DNA of 64,000 nt. It comes from an uncultured virus (IMG/VR IMGVR_UViG_3300036958_000084) (Duplodnaviria > Heunggongvirae > Uroviricota > Caudoviricetes). Position 1 is the first letter of the stretch, and every line of letters begins with the position of its first letter. This document shows, one piece after another, positions 30,379-41,341 of this stretch. The position numbers and the translations under genes were made by a program. The notes under the pieces are model-generated. The model was given only the letters and a program-made list of their open reading frames with translations. It made no database searches and was not told the origin of the DNA. The stretch lies in the IMG/VR virus record IMGVR_UViG_3300036958_000084; one strand, given 5' to 3'.

Positions 30379-30771
30379 ATGGCTACTAACTTTAAGATTA
30401 ATGGCGTGTACATTAAAAATCCTACTAAGTTCAAACTCTCAAATTACAAGACGTCGTCTTTACGGCGTCTTGCAAGTGGAAGAATGGTAGGTGACCAGTT
30501 AGGCCGTGAACGAAAACTTTACTTCACATATGACGCAATAACTGCAAAAGACCTTCAGGTTATTCTTGATGCGATATTCTGGAACGAAGGCATGTTTTTC
30601 CCCGTAGAATATATAGAGAGTACGGGTGGTGCATCTCCGGTCGTTCGGACTATGACATGTTACGTAGGTGAAATCTCACAGGATTTGGTTCGTGACAATC
30701 AGGCAGTAGACAGTCAGTGGGTCTGGAAAGATGTAACATTTAACTTAATTTCACAATACAATTGTCAGTGA
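30379..30771 (+). CDS. distal tail (Dit-like) protein
   Basis: Directly after the tape measure gene; INGV.IKNP, RLASGRMVG, CYVGE, W..VTFNLI. Confidence 0.7.
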   Translation: MATNFKINGVYIKNPTKFKLSNYKTSSLRRLASGRMVGDQLGRERKLYFTYDAITAKDLQVILDAIFWNEGMFFPVEYIESTGGASPVVRTMTCYVGEISQDLVRDNQAVDSQWVWKDVTFNLISQYNCQ

Positions 30772-30780
30772 GGTGATATA

Positions 30781-33555
30781 ATGCAACAGGTCCCACAGTG
30801 GTATATTGATGGCTTTAATGCAGATAGCAGAGAATATCGAATGATGATATATCTCTACTATGAACCAGGTACCCTGAAGGATATGCGCTTATATTCAGAT
30901 GACATAGTAGATTGGGATATTGTACGGGAGCTCCAGGACACTGGAGTTCCTTGTGCATATCTTGGTTCTAATAGTCTTATATTAAAGATTTTTAATAGAG
31001 ATAAGCGTTTTCTTAAAGACTCTGAAGATATTAAGTATATACAGCGTGGTGTGCGAGTAAAGGTATCATTGGATGCACCACAAGGAGATGGTTCTTTATA
31101 TTTTGGCTGTGAGATATTTACTGGTTGGATAGATAACTATGAGTTCTCTGATGATGCTGAGACTGTTACAGTAACAGCATATGACTCATTGCACTATCTA
31201 ATGCAGCAGCCATCACCTAAGTATAGACCATCTTCTGATGCACTTATAAATCTAAAAGACATGCTTAATATGTATTTCAAGCTGTGTGGCTGTCGTGAGA
31301 TACATGGTGTGTCGCAGGAAGTACCTTTCTGGTATGTCGGTTATGAGGTGGATGAAAATATCAACGCCAAGGTTAAGCCAATACTAGACACTAAAGGAAC
31401 TATTGGCGATGTTCTAAAACGTATAGCACAATTTGGAATTTTAGCAATATTCTGTAATATGCATGATGTTATAGAGATACAAATGATTCCACGTAAGCGC
31501 TCTGAAGTATACCTATTTACAGATCAAGAGCAGGTATTCAGTAGCTCAACACATACAAATGGCTACGAAGATTACACACATGTTTCAATAAACGTGTATG
31601 ATGCATGTTCTAAAGTACTTGGAACGTCTGCTACTGCATCGCATTCTTTTTCTACTGATGATATGGTTTTTAAGAAAGGTGCAAACGAGTATAATGCAAT
31701 GTCTTTGCGATATAGCATGTACCCTACAGTAGTTCGTTTTGTATCAGACACTAGAATGGCACAGCCCAACGATATGCCATTAGAGCCAGCAGTAAACAAA
31801 GCAGGTCCTCCGTGTTGGATGGGTCCAATGCCAATGCTTGGCTCATATGTCTACATAACTGATTTTGATTATTCTCTTGATGAAATGTCCTTAACTGTAT
31901 GGGCAGCCAAGGCAGTAGAATATGACTTTGAAATTCTATCATATGATGAAGGTCGTACAATAGGTTCAGTAGTAACCTATACAGATGAGACAGAAGATCA
32001 GTTCTTCTTAATGGCTAAAACACTTGGTATAGATAATGCACTGTTTGCTGATAAGACTTATGCAGAGCAAGCAGCATTCTCATATACGAAGCTTATAACA
32101 CAAGGTGCTATAAAAATTGATATGGCAGTTCGTGGTCAACCAGCATTAGAGCTTCTTGACTTAATTGGTGTTACAAATCCTATCTCACGTCATGATGATG
32201 AACAGATGCTTATTACTCGCTTGCACTATACATATGACGGCAACCTTGAATGCGATATAGAGTCATTAAGTTATTCAGCTGTAATGCTTATGATCTATGC
32301 ATACTTAGGACCTGGTTTCTATATTCCATATGATGCAGGTGCTATGTATATCACAGCAAAGTGTGACCCACCTAGTGCTGGTATTATTGAAGGTACCGGT
32401 GCATTTGCTGTTGGAGATATTACACGTCTTGTATGCTACCCTATGGCTGGCTATGAGGTAGACCACTGGGAAGATGCATGGGGCAACAGAGTAGAAGGTG
32501 CTGCTGATACATTAGTAGTTCAAGTAGAAGGCACTGCTGAATATAAGTGTGTAATGGTGATTGGTACAGTCTTTATGACGTTTACAATGGACGTAAATGC
32601 AGAGCATCCATCAGTGTATGTTCCACCTCTTGCGTATGATGAAAGGGTAGAAGGTATTATTGACTGGGGTGACGGCATGACAGAAGACTATGACTCACGC
32701 TACGATTATACTCATGAGTATCAGATAGCTGGTACAATGGAAATAACTGTTAAAGCACCAATTCATAAACTAGCAGCTGAAATATTTGCAAACAGTACAC
32801 AGATAAATACATTCACTGCTGGTAGTGACCTTGAGGTTATGGCTGGTGGTACGTTCTATAATTCTAGCGTTAGAAATGTTAATTTGTTGCCAGCTACAAA
32901 TCTTAGATTTAATGAAGCACAGATACCAGTATATAACACATCGTATTCAACTAACTTTGCAAATATACGGCCAGTAGGTGCATCCTCCGATGGACGTATT
33001 AATAAGTTCAATAACAGTGCACCAAATGGCGTAAGTATTTCACTCAATCCAACTTCATCTGTTATTAGACTACCAAAGTATGTTAATGGTGTTCTTGTTA
33101 CTGATGTTAAGACTTATAATAATCTATCGCGTGCAACATCGCTTGAATTCCCAGCAGCTGGCTATAATTATGTATCACTCGATAATACAAATGTCACACC
33201 AATAATAGCTATGCATAAAGATACGCGAGTAGATACACTGGCACTTAATGCTATTGCTGTACAGCATATGGAATTTAACAGCCCAGTTCGCACAGTAATG
33301 CTTAATAACGTTAACATTAGTAATCTTGCACTTAATACGCCTGCTACATATATTGCTAACGCAAGCACTACTACATTAACTACGCTTTATCTTGGTACTG
33401 CAACTGAAAGGTTTGACTTAGCAGTAGCTCAGCCGCCTTTAACAACTACAGTATATGTTCCTGACGTAGCTACTGAGCACATAACAGATTACACAGGATC
33501 AACACTTACGGTTATAAATTATGAAGGAGGGGACGGCAATGGCAATACGCCTTGA
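30781..33555 (+). CDS. baseplate hub/tail tip protein with beta-sandwich and solenoid-like C-terminal domains
   Basis: IFTGWID, VTAYD, RGQPALELLD hub motifs; GYEVDHW (InlB B-repeat-like); IDWGDG (PKD-like). Confidence 0.75.
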   Translation: MQQVPQWYIDGFNADSREYRMMIYLYYEPGTLKDMRLYSDDIVDWDIVRELQDTGVPCAYLGSNSLILKIFNRDKRFLKDSEDIKYIQRGVRVKVSLDAPQGDGSLYFGCEIFTGWIDNYEFSDDAETVTVTAYDSLHYLMQQPSPKYRPSSDALINLKDMLNMYFKLCGCREIHGVSQEVPFWYVGYEVDENINAKVKPILDTKGTIGDVLKRIAQFGILAIFCNMHDVIEIQMIPRKRSEVYLFTDQEQVFSSSTHTNGYEDYTHVSINVYDACSKVLGTSATASHSFSTDDMVFKKGANEYNAMSLRYSMYPTVVRFVSDTRMAQPNDMPLEPAVNKAGPPCWMGPMPMLGSYVYITDFDYSLDEMSLTVWAAKAVEYDFEILSYDEGRTIGSVVTYTDETEDQFFLMAKTLGIDNALFADKTYAEQAAFSYTKLITQGAIKIDMAVRGQPALELLDLIGVTNPISRHDDEQMLITRLHYTYDGNLECDIESLSYSAVMLMIYAYLGPGFYIPYDAGAMYITAKCDPPSAGIIEGTGAFAVGDITRLVCYPMAGYEVDHWEDAWGNRVEGAADTLVVQVEGTAEYKCVMVIGTVFMTFTMDVNAEHPSVYVPPLAYDERVEGIIDWGDGMTEDYDSRYDYTHEYQIAGTMEITVKAPIHKLAAEIFANSTQINTFTAGSDLEVMAGGTFYNSSVRNVNLLPATNLRFNEAQIPVYNTSYSTNFANIRPVGASSDGRINKFNNSAPNGVSISLNPTSSVIRLPKYVNGVLVTDVKTYNNLSRATSLEFPAAGYNYVSLDNTNVTPIIAMHKDTRVDTLALNAIAVQHMEFNSPVRTVMLNNVNISNLALNTPATYIANASTTTLTTLYLGTATERFDLAVAQPPLTTTVYVPDVATEHITDYTGSTLTVINYEGGDGNGNTP

Positions 33556-36500
33556 GGTACCAGCATTTGCATATGACTATGTAAATGGTACTAGCGGTAC
33601 GCATTCTAACATACCATATGCTAGTAAATACTATCCATCATACATATATTATAATTATAATTCATACATTCCGAAGGCAAATATGCCAGCATTTGTATGC
33701 AATGCAAACTATGGTGTATGCGGTCAGGGTTTTACCTGCTATATGTATACAAGCTCAGCGAGTGCCGAATTACAAAATAATGTTCCAACATTTAAAGATA
33801 TTACCATGACCTGGTCACAAGCAGTGCCAATCACGTTTGCTTGTCCAGTAGGTCTATGCTGGTTTAATTTCATTGCTAGTGTATACAATAATAATGATCC
33901 TGAGCCAAATTACTACACAAACTTTACTACTAATAATATTGGCTTTTTCATAAATGGTGATCATAGGCTTGTGTTTGGAGGCTACAATAGTTCCGACTAT
34001 AGACCAATGGTAGATATAAACTATGGAATTGATATGACACCTTATATGTATACACCGGCTGTACAAAATGGTGATGCATATTGTGGTCATACATATGGTA
34101 TAAGATATAATGCTGAGGGTGATGCATTAGACTTATACGTAGATAATGTAGAAACCATCTTAGCATCTGTTAATTTTAATCAAATAATGAGCACGGCTAT
34201 GAATGTGATTAATTATTTTCATTCATGGGATTCTCTATATAATGTGTGGGTTAATTATGGCGGATATATTCAAAATATTTATGCCGGTGGCTGCGGCTTA
34301 TACATCTCTAATACATCGGCATATTATAATGTCTATAATCAGGGAAATGTATATTTTGACTCATGGTATACATGGGTACATAACCTAAATGATATAGAGT
34401 TTAATGCAGTTATGAACCATTCATTTAATATGCTACCGGTTGCAAAGAATTACTCATCATATGGTATTATGCAATATTGCAATAGATTAACTTCAATAAA
34501 TATTCCAGGCACTATTGGTGCTGTACCTAATTCATTTATTCAAGGTTATAATGTTAATCTTGTAATACTTGGTGAAGGTATAACAAAAATAGGTGAAGCA
34601 GCAATACTTAGTAATATGCCACTAACTGTACATATTCCTCAGACTGCAATAGACATTTCAAACCATGCAATACGCAGTGATAGTGGTGTTACTATTCCTG
34701 CAGTATCTTATAACATGTTAGAGCGTGGAGATATTGCGAGTAGATATACCAGCAATTATCTAAATATTCCAGCATATGAATTGCCTCATTATGAGCAGCC
34801 AGTAGCACTTAATATCGGATGGTTCCCTGGCTCAATTCTTCCTACTTCACGCAGCAATCAATTTAAAGATATTCCCGGCATATTAAATATTCCACGAGCA
34901 CAGCATACATTTATTGAGAATAATGGTACATATGATATGACTACAAACATAGTATCTGGCATGGTAATGTTTGACCAGGAAGTAAATCAAGAAATGCGCT
35001 GTAATTTGCTTGGTATACATACACTTCGTATGAACAATACTACAGCTACTGTAGATATTTTTAGCCGAGAATTTCCTAACATTCATGAGGTAAGAGAGAT
35101 AGGTCTTATAGATGATCACGGCTTCATTCTTAATCAAATTAGTGATGGCACAGTAGATATTCTTGGGCATATTAACGGCCAGTATGAAGCTATCCCTGAT
35201 AATTTTGAAAGCCACTATCTTACTCGCCAGGTCTTTATAAATAGTTTGTCTCAAGATGCTAACATAGCACAGTTTATTAAGGTTCCTAGCATTATTGCTA
35301 ATTATAATTATGTCACAAATGACAGAGACTTCTACGAAGCATTGCAGGTTTATGACTTTGGTGAATATTATGATGTTCATCTTTATGATGGTCATGCTGT
35401 AGTGCTTGCTTCACCAAATGCAGCCACTGTACAGGTACCTACTGTAAATTACACTTTTAGCAATATTAATGTAGTTTATATAAATCATAATCGTTATGCA
35501 GCACGAGCAGCCATTTCTTATAGCTTTGAAAATTGCAATCAAGTATACATGCCGTACTGTGGATTTGATAGACCACTTAGTCTACAGACTTTGCTGCAGC
35601 TAAGTTCGATACCGCAGCAGGTTAAGATTGAGAATGAGGATTGGTCTGCAGCAGACCTTGAGTTTAATAACTTTTATACTGAATTCTATAATACTCCAAA
35701 TGCTGTTTGGGAGACACCGTATCATCAGTATAAATTATATCATCGTGATGAGTTGCCTTTATGGCTTAATTCTAACTTTGAATTAGTCTACACTAATAAT
35801 TATGGTAGAACTACTGATGATTTATTGTATGAAGAAAGTGCACGTAATATGTATTCATCAAGCGACTTTATAAGTAGTTATGCAGTAAGTCATTTTGATA
35901 ACATTGCATTTCCTGGTAATATCACTCTCCGCAATATGCTGACGCAACGTCCATACTTTAATAGCTGCTATGGTGACTGCAACTTTATTATTCGTAATAT
36001 GGTTAGTCCGATACTTGCTAGTAACCTTACTTACGGAGATAGTAGAATTACACTACCTGGACCGGCCTTAGTATGTAATCATATAGGCATGCTAAATTTT
36101 GATATAGACGTAGACAGAGTCTTAGTAGATAATTCTGGCTATACTTCATCAGATGAACCTGTAGGCATGGCCGGCTCACCATTATGGTTAGCTAGTAATT
36201 GTGAAGTAGGCTATGTAAGACTTAACTACTCTGACAGTTTAACTTTAAGTCCTACTGAATTACAACTTGTAAAGCATGCTGAATTATCAGGCTATGGCAT
36301 TGCATTTGATAATTGCAATATTGATACTATTGAATGTGGCGCAAATTGCAGTATACAGCTAGATAATTGCAATATCAACACTATCATTTATCATGGAGGT
36401 CCAGTTCAATATCTTAGCTTTATCAATAGCAATGTTAGATGCAGTATACAGCCATTACTGAATAATTTAGTAAACTACATTACAATCAGCAACAGTAGAT

Positions 36501-38053
36501 TTGTTGATACTGATATGACTATTCCATATAATGTTGCAGGATATATTCGTTATTGGGCATATAGCACTGGTGACTCATTAGGCACATTATATATCTACAA
36601 TCCTAAGGGTGTACACAATATCACTATAGTAGATAAGGTTAATGCTCCAAGAATAGGCTGTGTTAACATAACGCTAGATGATGGATGGAACTCTGAACCA
36701 GAAATTAAACATGATGTTCAAAAGGTTAAGATAATTGGTAGAGTAACACCACTTCTTTCTTTCTATGATTATCAAGGTCGCAGGCCAGTAGATGTTATAA
36801 TAGATAGTCCAGAAGTAGGCATGAATGGTTCGCTAATACCATTTAGAAGTCAGAATAATCAGCATGCTTTTAACTCCATTTCCTTACCAAACACAGTAGC
36901 TATTGGACCAAACACATTTTATAACATAAACGTAGCGACACCAATTCAAGTTCATGAGCTATGTAGTATACATCCAAATGCTGCAGCAGGTAGTATTGTA
37001 AGCTACACATATGGCGATGGAAATAAATATGCTACTGGTATAAATGCAGCATATTTTTCTGACAGACGTAATGATTATGCCCCAGCAGACTATGGTAGCA
37101 TTCGTAATATGCTTTCTATCAATGTAGTCTATAATGATGGCACAGAAGAACCTACTGATGAGTTTACGATATGGCCAGATTTTGGTGTTGCAGCAGGCAA
37201 TGCAAATACTTTCCACACAGTGCAGCTTAAGAACATATGTGGCATTGTACCTGCACCATATAATGACGTTCCAACATATAAGTATACAGCTAATCAGTAT
37301 AATGCAATTACTACGACTGATACAACATGGAACCAGAATATGAAGTTCTGGGATGCTGACCTGAACTTACCTATAAGCGTTGCATGTGCTATACCAACAG
37401 GTACGTATGCTACACGTGGAACTTTTTATCAGCTTAACGTAGCAAACCAGTATAAGCATACATTGGTTATAGTAGGAAATTATGCAAATGGGCCATACAA
37501 TGCACGTATGATGACTGATATAGTAGATGTAAACTACGGAAGAAATAATGCTGCATGGCCTTATCCAGTAGGTACACGCGGTTTAGTTAGGAATGTAAAC
37601 TTCATAACTAATTTGAATAACTATATCCAATCGTTTAATGGTGGTGAGCATACTGTAATTCTTAGCTCTGGTAGACCGAGGAAAGTATTAGGACACAGGA
37701 GTTTTGTTAATTCCAGAGTAGCTCAGATATATGCACCATTTATGCGTGATACCTATAATGGTACATTGCCATACCAGATAACTGGCTCTACATATGTAAA
37801 CTCTTGGGCTATAAACAATGCACAATATTTATACCACCTAGACTTTAATTACTTTGCAGGTCAGTATCTATACATAAATGCTAATGCTGTTATTAATGCT
37901 CCAATGCTTAAATACTTAACATTACCAGCAAGTACAAAGTCAGTAGGTATTGGTGCGTTTAATAGAACAGGCCTCAAAGAGGTAAAAATACCTACAGGCT
38001 GCACAGTTTCAACAAACGCCTTTCCGGCAGGCTGTACTATTACGTATTATTAA
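33539..38053 (+). CDS. large receptor-binding/tail fibre protein with BspA-like leucine-rich repeats
   Basis: LTSINIPGTI, VILGEGITKIGEAA, LTLPASTKSVGIGAFNRTGLKEVKIP...NAF; N/Y/I-rich. Confidence 0.72.
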   Translation: MAIRLEVPAFAYDYVNGTSGTHSNIPYASKYYPSYIYYNYNSYIPKANMPAFVCNANYGVCGQGFTCYMYTSSASAELQNNVPTFKDITMTWSQAVPITFACPVGLCWFNFIASVYNNNDPEPNYYTNFTTNNIGFFINGDHRLVFGGYNSSDYRPMVDINYGIDMTPYMYTPAVQNGDAYCGHTYGIRYNAEGDALDLYVDNVETILASVNFNQIMSTAMNVINYFHSWDSLYNVWVNYGGYIQNIYAGGCGLYISNTSAYYNVYNQGNVYFDSWYTWVHNLNDIEFNAVMNHSFNMLPVAKNYSSYGIMQYCNRLTSINIPGTIGAVPNSFIQGYNVNLVILGEGITKIGEAAILSNMPLTVHIPQTAIDISNHAIRSDSGVTIPAVSYNMLERGDIASRYTSNYLNIPAYELPHYEQPVALNIGWFPGSILPTSRSNQFKDIPGILNIPRAQHTFIENNGTYDMTTNIVSGMVMFDQEVNQEMRCNLLGIHTLRMNNTTATVDIFSREFPNIHEVREIGLIDDHGFILNQISDGTVDILGHINGQYEAIPDNFESHYLTRQVFINSLSQDANIAQFIKVPSIIANYNYVTNDRDFYEALQVYDFGEYYDVHLYDGHAVVLASPNAATVQVPTVNYTFSNINVVYINHNRYAARAAISYSFENCNQVYMPYCGFDRPLSLQTLLQLSSIPQQVKIENEDWSAADLEFNNFYTEFYNTPNAVWETPYHQYKLYHRDELPLWLNSNFELVYTNNYGRTTDDLLYEESARNMYSSSDFISSYAVSHFDNIAFPGNITLRNMLTQRPYFNSCYGDCNFIIRNMVSPILASNLTYGDSRITLPGPALVCNHIGMLNFDIDVDRVLVDNSGYTSSDEPVGMAGSPLWLASNCEVGYVRLNYSDSLTLSPTELQLVKHAELSGYGIAFDNCNIDTIECGANCSIQLDNCNINTIIYHGGPVQYLSFINSNVRCSIQPLLNNLVNYITISNSRFVDTDMTIPYNVAGYIRYWAYSTGDSLGTLYIYNPKGVHNITIVDKVNAPRIGCVNITLDDGWNSEPEIKHDVQKVKIIGRVTPLLSFYDYQGRRPVDVIIDSPEVGMNGSLIPFRSQNNQHAFNSISLPNTVAIGPNTFYNINVATPIQVHELCSIHPNAAAGSIVSYTYGDGNKYATGINAAYFSDRRNDYAPADYGSIRNMLSINVVYNDGTEEPTDEFTIWPDFGVAAGNANTFHTVQLKNICGIVPAPYNDVPTYKYTANQYNAITTTDTTWNQNMKFWDADLNLPISVACAIPTGTYATRGTFYQLNVANQYKHTLVIVGNYANGPYNARMMTDIVDVNYGRNNAAWPYPVGTRGLVRNVNFITNLNNYIQSFNGGEHTVILSSGRPRKVLGHRSFVNSRVAQIYAPFMRDTYNGTLPYQITGSTYVNSWAINNAQYLYHLDFNYFAGQYLYINANAVINAPMLKYLTLPASTKSVGIGAFNRTGLKEVKIPTGCTVSTNAFPAGCTITYY

Positions 38054-38069
38054 TAGGAGGTGATTTTAA

Positions 38070-38414
38070 ATGGCTACGCTACTAAAAGACGATGGTGGTA
38101 TTCCTATACCACAGTATGCAAACGCACAGGGTGACTTTGAGTCTAGTCGTGGTGCTGATGGTGCTCTCTATGTACATGACAGTCAGTTGGTTACTATCTT
38201 AGACAGAATAGAAACTATCCAGAACAGAGTAGCAACACAGAACCAGGCTATAGCAAACATGGCGCAATCAATTGCAGATATAGCAACTGCCCTATCTGCT
38301 ATAAGTCAGGGCGTCACAACAATAGTAAGCTTACTGGAAGCTCCTCTTCAGGATATTACGCGGAACGTAGCTACTATCCCTGAGCCTATGCAATCCCCTG
38401 GTGGAGGTGAGTAA
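38070..38414 (+). CDS. tail-associated small coiled-coil protein
   Basis: LLKDDGGIPIPQY...G.DGALYV then heptad repeats. Confidence 0.6.
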   Translation: MATLLKDDGGIPIPQYANAQGDFESSRGADGALYVHDSQLVTILDRIETIQNRVATQNQAIANMAQSIADIATALSAISQGVTTIVSLLEAPLQDITRNVATIPEPMQSPGGGE

Positions 38415-38416
38415 GC

Positions 38417-39217
38417 ATGCAGGCTATTTGGTCAGACTATGGTGACATAAAGGTTCAGCTATATAGCCCTGGTGATCCAGAGTATGATCCGCTGCATCCA
38501 TCTCATAATTATGCACTTGTGACTGAGCTACATAACGGTGAAGCTGGACCAGGCGCTTGGCTTAGTAGATGGCATGACGTATTAGCTCTGAACGATGACG
38601 GACAGACTATGGGATATGACCATGTAAGTCCATTAGCAATGCAAACGTATGACTATGATAGAGTGCTGTGGAAAGATAGCCCATATAATAGTCCATACAA
38701 AAGCTGGTCATTACCAGATCCGCCACCGGCTACATGGGACTTCTATCGCATACCACCTGGATGTCACGCATATACGCAAATTACTGGCGACTCAGAGCTG
38801 CTAAAGGCACAGTTTGAAAAGGCTACTGAATGGCGCTTAGATAAGCCAATGTTCATGCGGCCTGCAGAGTCTGGAAGTTCTTCTAACAAACGTATTGCAT
38901 CACATGGTGCTATTGTAATGTTAGAAGTAGCATGGGCTAAAAGAAGCAAAAACCCTGATGGTACAGATGCTGGTCTAGTAGAATGGAAGTATGAATACTT
39001 GCATTTCTTAACACCAGCAGTTGAAGGAATGGGCTATAACTCAACAGATCCAATCGTACACAATTATGACCTTATTCCGTTTGGACAGTCATTAAGCACA
39101 ATAACTCCATCTACTGCTCCATCATATGAACATACAATTCAATGGATAAATATTCATATTTATAATGCTACAAGTACTATGCTATATTGCCCAGGAATAA
39201 GTCTCTGGGTATCATAA
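38417..39217 (+). CDS. hypothetical protein (tail region)
   Basis: GGAGGTGA SD; W/P/Y-rich. Confidence 0.75.
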   Translation: MQAIWSDYGDIKVQLYSPGDPEYDPLHPSHNYALVTELHNGEAGPGAWLSRWHDVLALNDDGQTMGYDHVSPLAMQTYDYDRVLWKDSPYNSPYKSWSLPDPPPATWDFYRIPPGCHAYTQITGDSELLKAQFEKATEWRLDKPMFMRPAESGSSSNKRIASHGAIVMLEVAWAKRSKNPDGTDAGLVEWKYEYLHFLTPAVEGMGYNSTDPIVHNYDLIPFGQSLSTITPSTAPSYEHTIQWINIHIYNATSTMLYCPGISLWVS

Positions 39218-39234
39218 GAAATGAGGTATTAATA

Positions 39235-39456
39235 ATGGATAAAGATATTATAGTTGCAATCATATCAGTGATTTGTACAGCACTTAGTGCATTCGCTGGA
39301 ATTGTTGTAAGTGCACGGCTTACTAATTTCAGGCTTGAACAGCTCGAGAAGAAAGTTGATAAGCACAATAACTTTGCAGAACGAATACCAGTCGTAGAAG
39401 AGAAACTCAAAGACTATGACAGGCGAATTGAGGTGCTGGAGAATGCGCACAGTTAA
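39235..39456 (+). CDS. holin-like membrane protein
   Basis: One TM segment then RLEQLEKKVDKHNN coiled coil. Confidence 0.7.
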   Translation: MDKDIIVAIISVICTALSAFAGIVVSARLTNFRLEQLEKKVDKHNNFAERIPVVEEKLKDYDRRIEVLENAHS

Positions 39457-39667
39457 TAAGCTAGTAGATATGCTGGCTAAACTAATCGATGTTAAGACAA
39501 TAGTAACATTTACTATTACTGCAGTCTTTGCATATCTTGCAGTCAAGCATAAGATACCAGCCGATAAAGTATACGAAACATTTCTTATGATAATTTCGTT
39601 CTACTTTGGAACACAGCATAAGAAGAAAGAAAATAAAAAGGAAACCGAGACTGAAAAGGAGGAATAA
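39443..39667 (+). CDS. holin
   Basis: LAKLIDVKTIVT, two TM segments, IISFYFGTQ, charged tail. Confidence 0.78.
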   Translation: MRTVNKLVDMLAKLIDVKTIVTFTITAVFAYLAVKHKIPADKVYETFLMIISFYFGTQHKKKENKKETETEKEE

Positions 39668-39670
39668 TTT

Positions 39671-39889
39671 ATGTATAATGTAAGATCAGCAGAATACAGA
39701 GGCATAAAGCCTAATTCAGACCCACAGGTACAGTTAGCACTTGTACATGTAGATTGTGACGCTGCTGCTGACCTACCAGCTTATGATGCTGTTGCAGGTA
39801 CTGAGTTCATTATGGGCTCTACTGCACTTATCATAGCTACAGGCGAAATTAAGATGCTTAACTCCGCTCATGAATGGGTAGCAGTATAA
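39671..39889 (+). CDS. hypothetical protein
   Basis: D..ADLP...GSTALIIATGE..MLNS..EW. Confidence 0.75.
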   Translation: MYNVRSAEYRGIKPNSDPQVQLALVHVDCDAAADLPAYDAVAGTEFIMGSTALIIATGEIKMLNSAHEWVAV

Positions 39890-39901
39890 GGAGGTAATAG
39901 T

Positions 39902-40369
39902 ATGGCACAGAATATGTCTATTATTGATATAATTATGGCTAAGGCGCTTGCTGCAAGCGCCTCCAAAGCTTATACAGACCAGGTGGCGCAGTCACTTACG
40001 AGTGCTCTCACTGAGCTTATCGACGAGATGAAAAGTAATGAAACTAATATATTATCGTTGTTGACTGGTCTAGTGCCAGTTGCACATAAAGCAGGCACTA
40101 CTGTCAGCTTGTCATACACCGCAACGGTTGACGACTTTGCAGAAGCGTCAACGCCACGTGCAAGGTATACAGGCACATATTTGATACATTGTGTTAACTG
40201 GGCAACGGCTGGGCGACCTTATATCGGACTGCTAACTTATAGTGGCAATGTTATAACAACACTGACACGGACTGATATTGTTACAGGATTCACACCGACA
40301 ATTACGATTGATGACAGTCAGATAGATATTAGCGGAGCGGCACGAATTACCATATATGCATTACGCTAA
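39902..40369 (+). CDS. hypothetical protein
   Basis: AAGGAGG SD. Confidence 0.75.
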   Translation: MAQNMSIIDIIMAKALAASASKAYTDQVAQSLTSALTELIDEMKSNETNILSLLTGLVPVAHKAGTTVSLSYTATVDDFAEASTPRARYTGTYLIHCVNWATAGRPYIGLLTYSGNVITTLTRTDIVTGFTPTITIDDSQIDISGAARITIYALR

Positions 40370-40391
40370 TTACAAAAAAGGAGAAATGAAA

Positions 40392-40775
40392 ATGCAGTAT
40401 ATTATTATGCTTGCCATAGTCACCGGCTTGGCAGTATCAGACTTTGTTACAGGTATTATCAAGGGATATGTAACCGGTACGTTATCCAGCTCGAAAATGC
40501 GCAAAGGCGGCGTAAACAAGCTCGGAGAGATCATCGTCATGGCTACAGCCTGCGGACTTGAAATTGGAATCAAGCAGCTCGGGAACTATTACAGTGCTGA
40601 CGAGTTGGCTCACATCACAGGAACTATAACGGCAATACTTGTATTCGGCTATATAGTCATTATGGAAGTTATCTCGATACTTGAAAACTACTGCATAATC
40701 AACCTGAATGCACGCTGGGCAAAAAGAATTGTAAAAAGGCTAAAAGTATTTGAAGACGAAAAGGAGGAAAAGTAA
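40392..40775 (+). CDS. phage holin (family 4/toxin-secretion type)
   Basis: DFVTGIIKG...SSKMRKG..K...E..SILEN. Confidence 0.85.
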   Translation: MQYIIMLAIVTGLAVSDFVTGIIKGYVTGTLSSSKMRKGGVNKLGEIIVMATACGLEIGIKQLGNYYSADELAHITGTITAILVFGYIVIMEVISILENYCIINLNARWAKRIVKRLKVFEDEKEEK

Positions 40776-41341
40776 TGAATAGTCCATACGAAGGCAAATT
40801 CAAGGTATTGCAGCAGTATACCCTCGGAACTCATGACGGACTCGACCTTGTCGGTATCGGCAGCAAAGAGATCCACAGCTGTGCTAATGCAGAGGTTATC
40901 CATGTAGGCTGGGAAAACGCAGCGAACCACAAGCAGGGCTTCGGCTACTATGTAGCTACGAAGGACGATGTTGCCGGCAAAGACGGCGTGCAGAAGATAC
41001 GCTACTACGGTCATCTTACTGAGAACAGTGCAAGAGTAAAGGTCGGCGACAAGGTCAAAATCACTGATGTGCTCGGAATTGAGGGACACACTGGCTATGT
41101 GATACCCGACGGTCCCGGTGGAGCTCATTGTCACTACGAGATCCGTTCCGCGTTCTATAAGGGGGCGAAGGTCTATGATGTAAGTACAGACTCTGGCATT
41201 CCAAATGTACAGGGCGGCATCTATGATGATGGGTACAGAACACCTACAGTAGGTCCAGTCACAAACCCGGTCAAAAGTACAGTTAAAGTAAGCTGCACAA
41301 TAAATGGGAAGACCTACTCCGGCATTTTAACTGAGGTTTAA
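40775..41341 (+). CDS. M23 peptidase endolysin
   Basis: HDGLD (HxxxD), YYGHL, G.EG.TG, AHCHYEIR (HxH). Confidence 0.88.
   Translation: MNSPYEGKFKVLQQYTLGTHDGLDLVGIGSKEIHSCANAEVIHVGWENAANHKQGFGYYVATKDDVAGKDGVQKIRYYGHLTENSARVKVGDKVKITDVLGIEGHTGYVIPDGPGGAHCHYEIRSAFYKGAKVYDVSTDSGIPNVQGGIYDDGYRTPTVGPVTNPVKSTVKVSCTINGKTYSGILTEV

Noticed and set aside
33539..38053. Diversity-generating retroelement target (Asn-rich tail protein)
   Set aside because: No reverse transcriptase or template/variable repeat pair was seen in the window.
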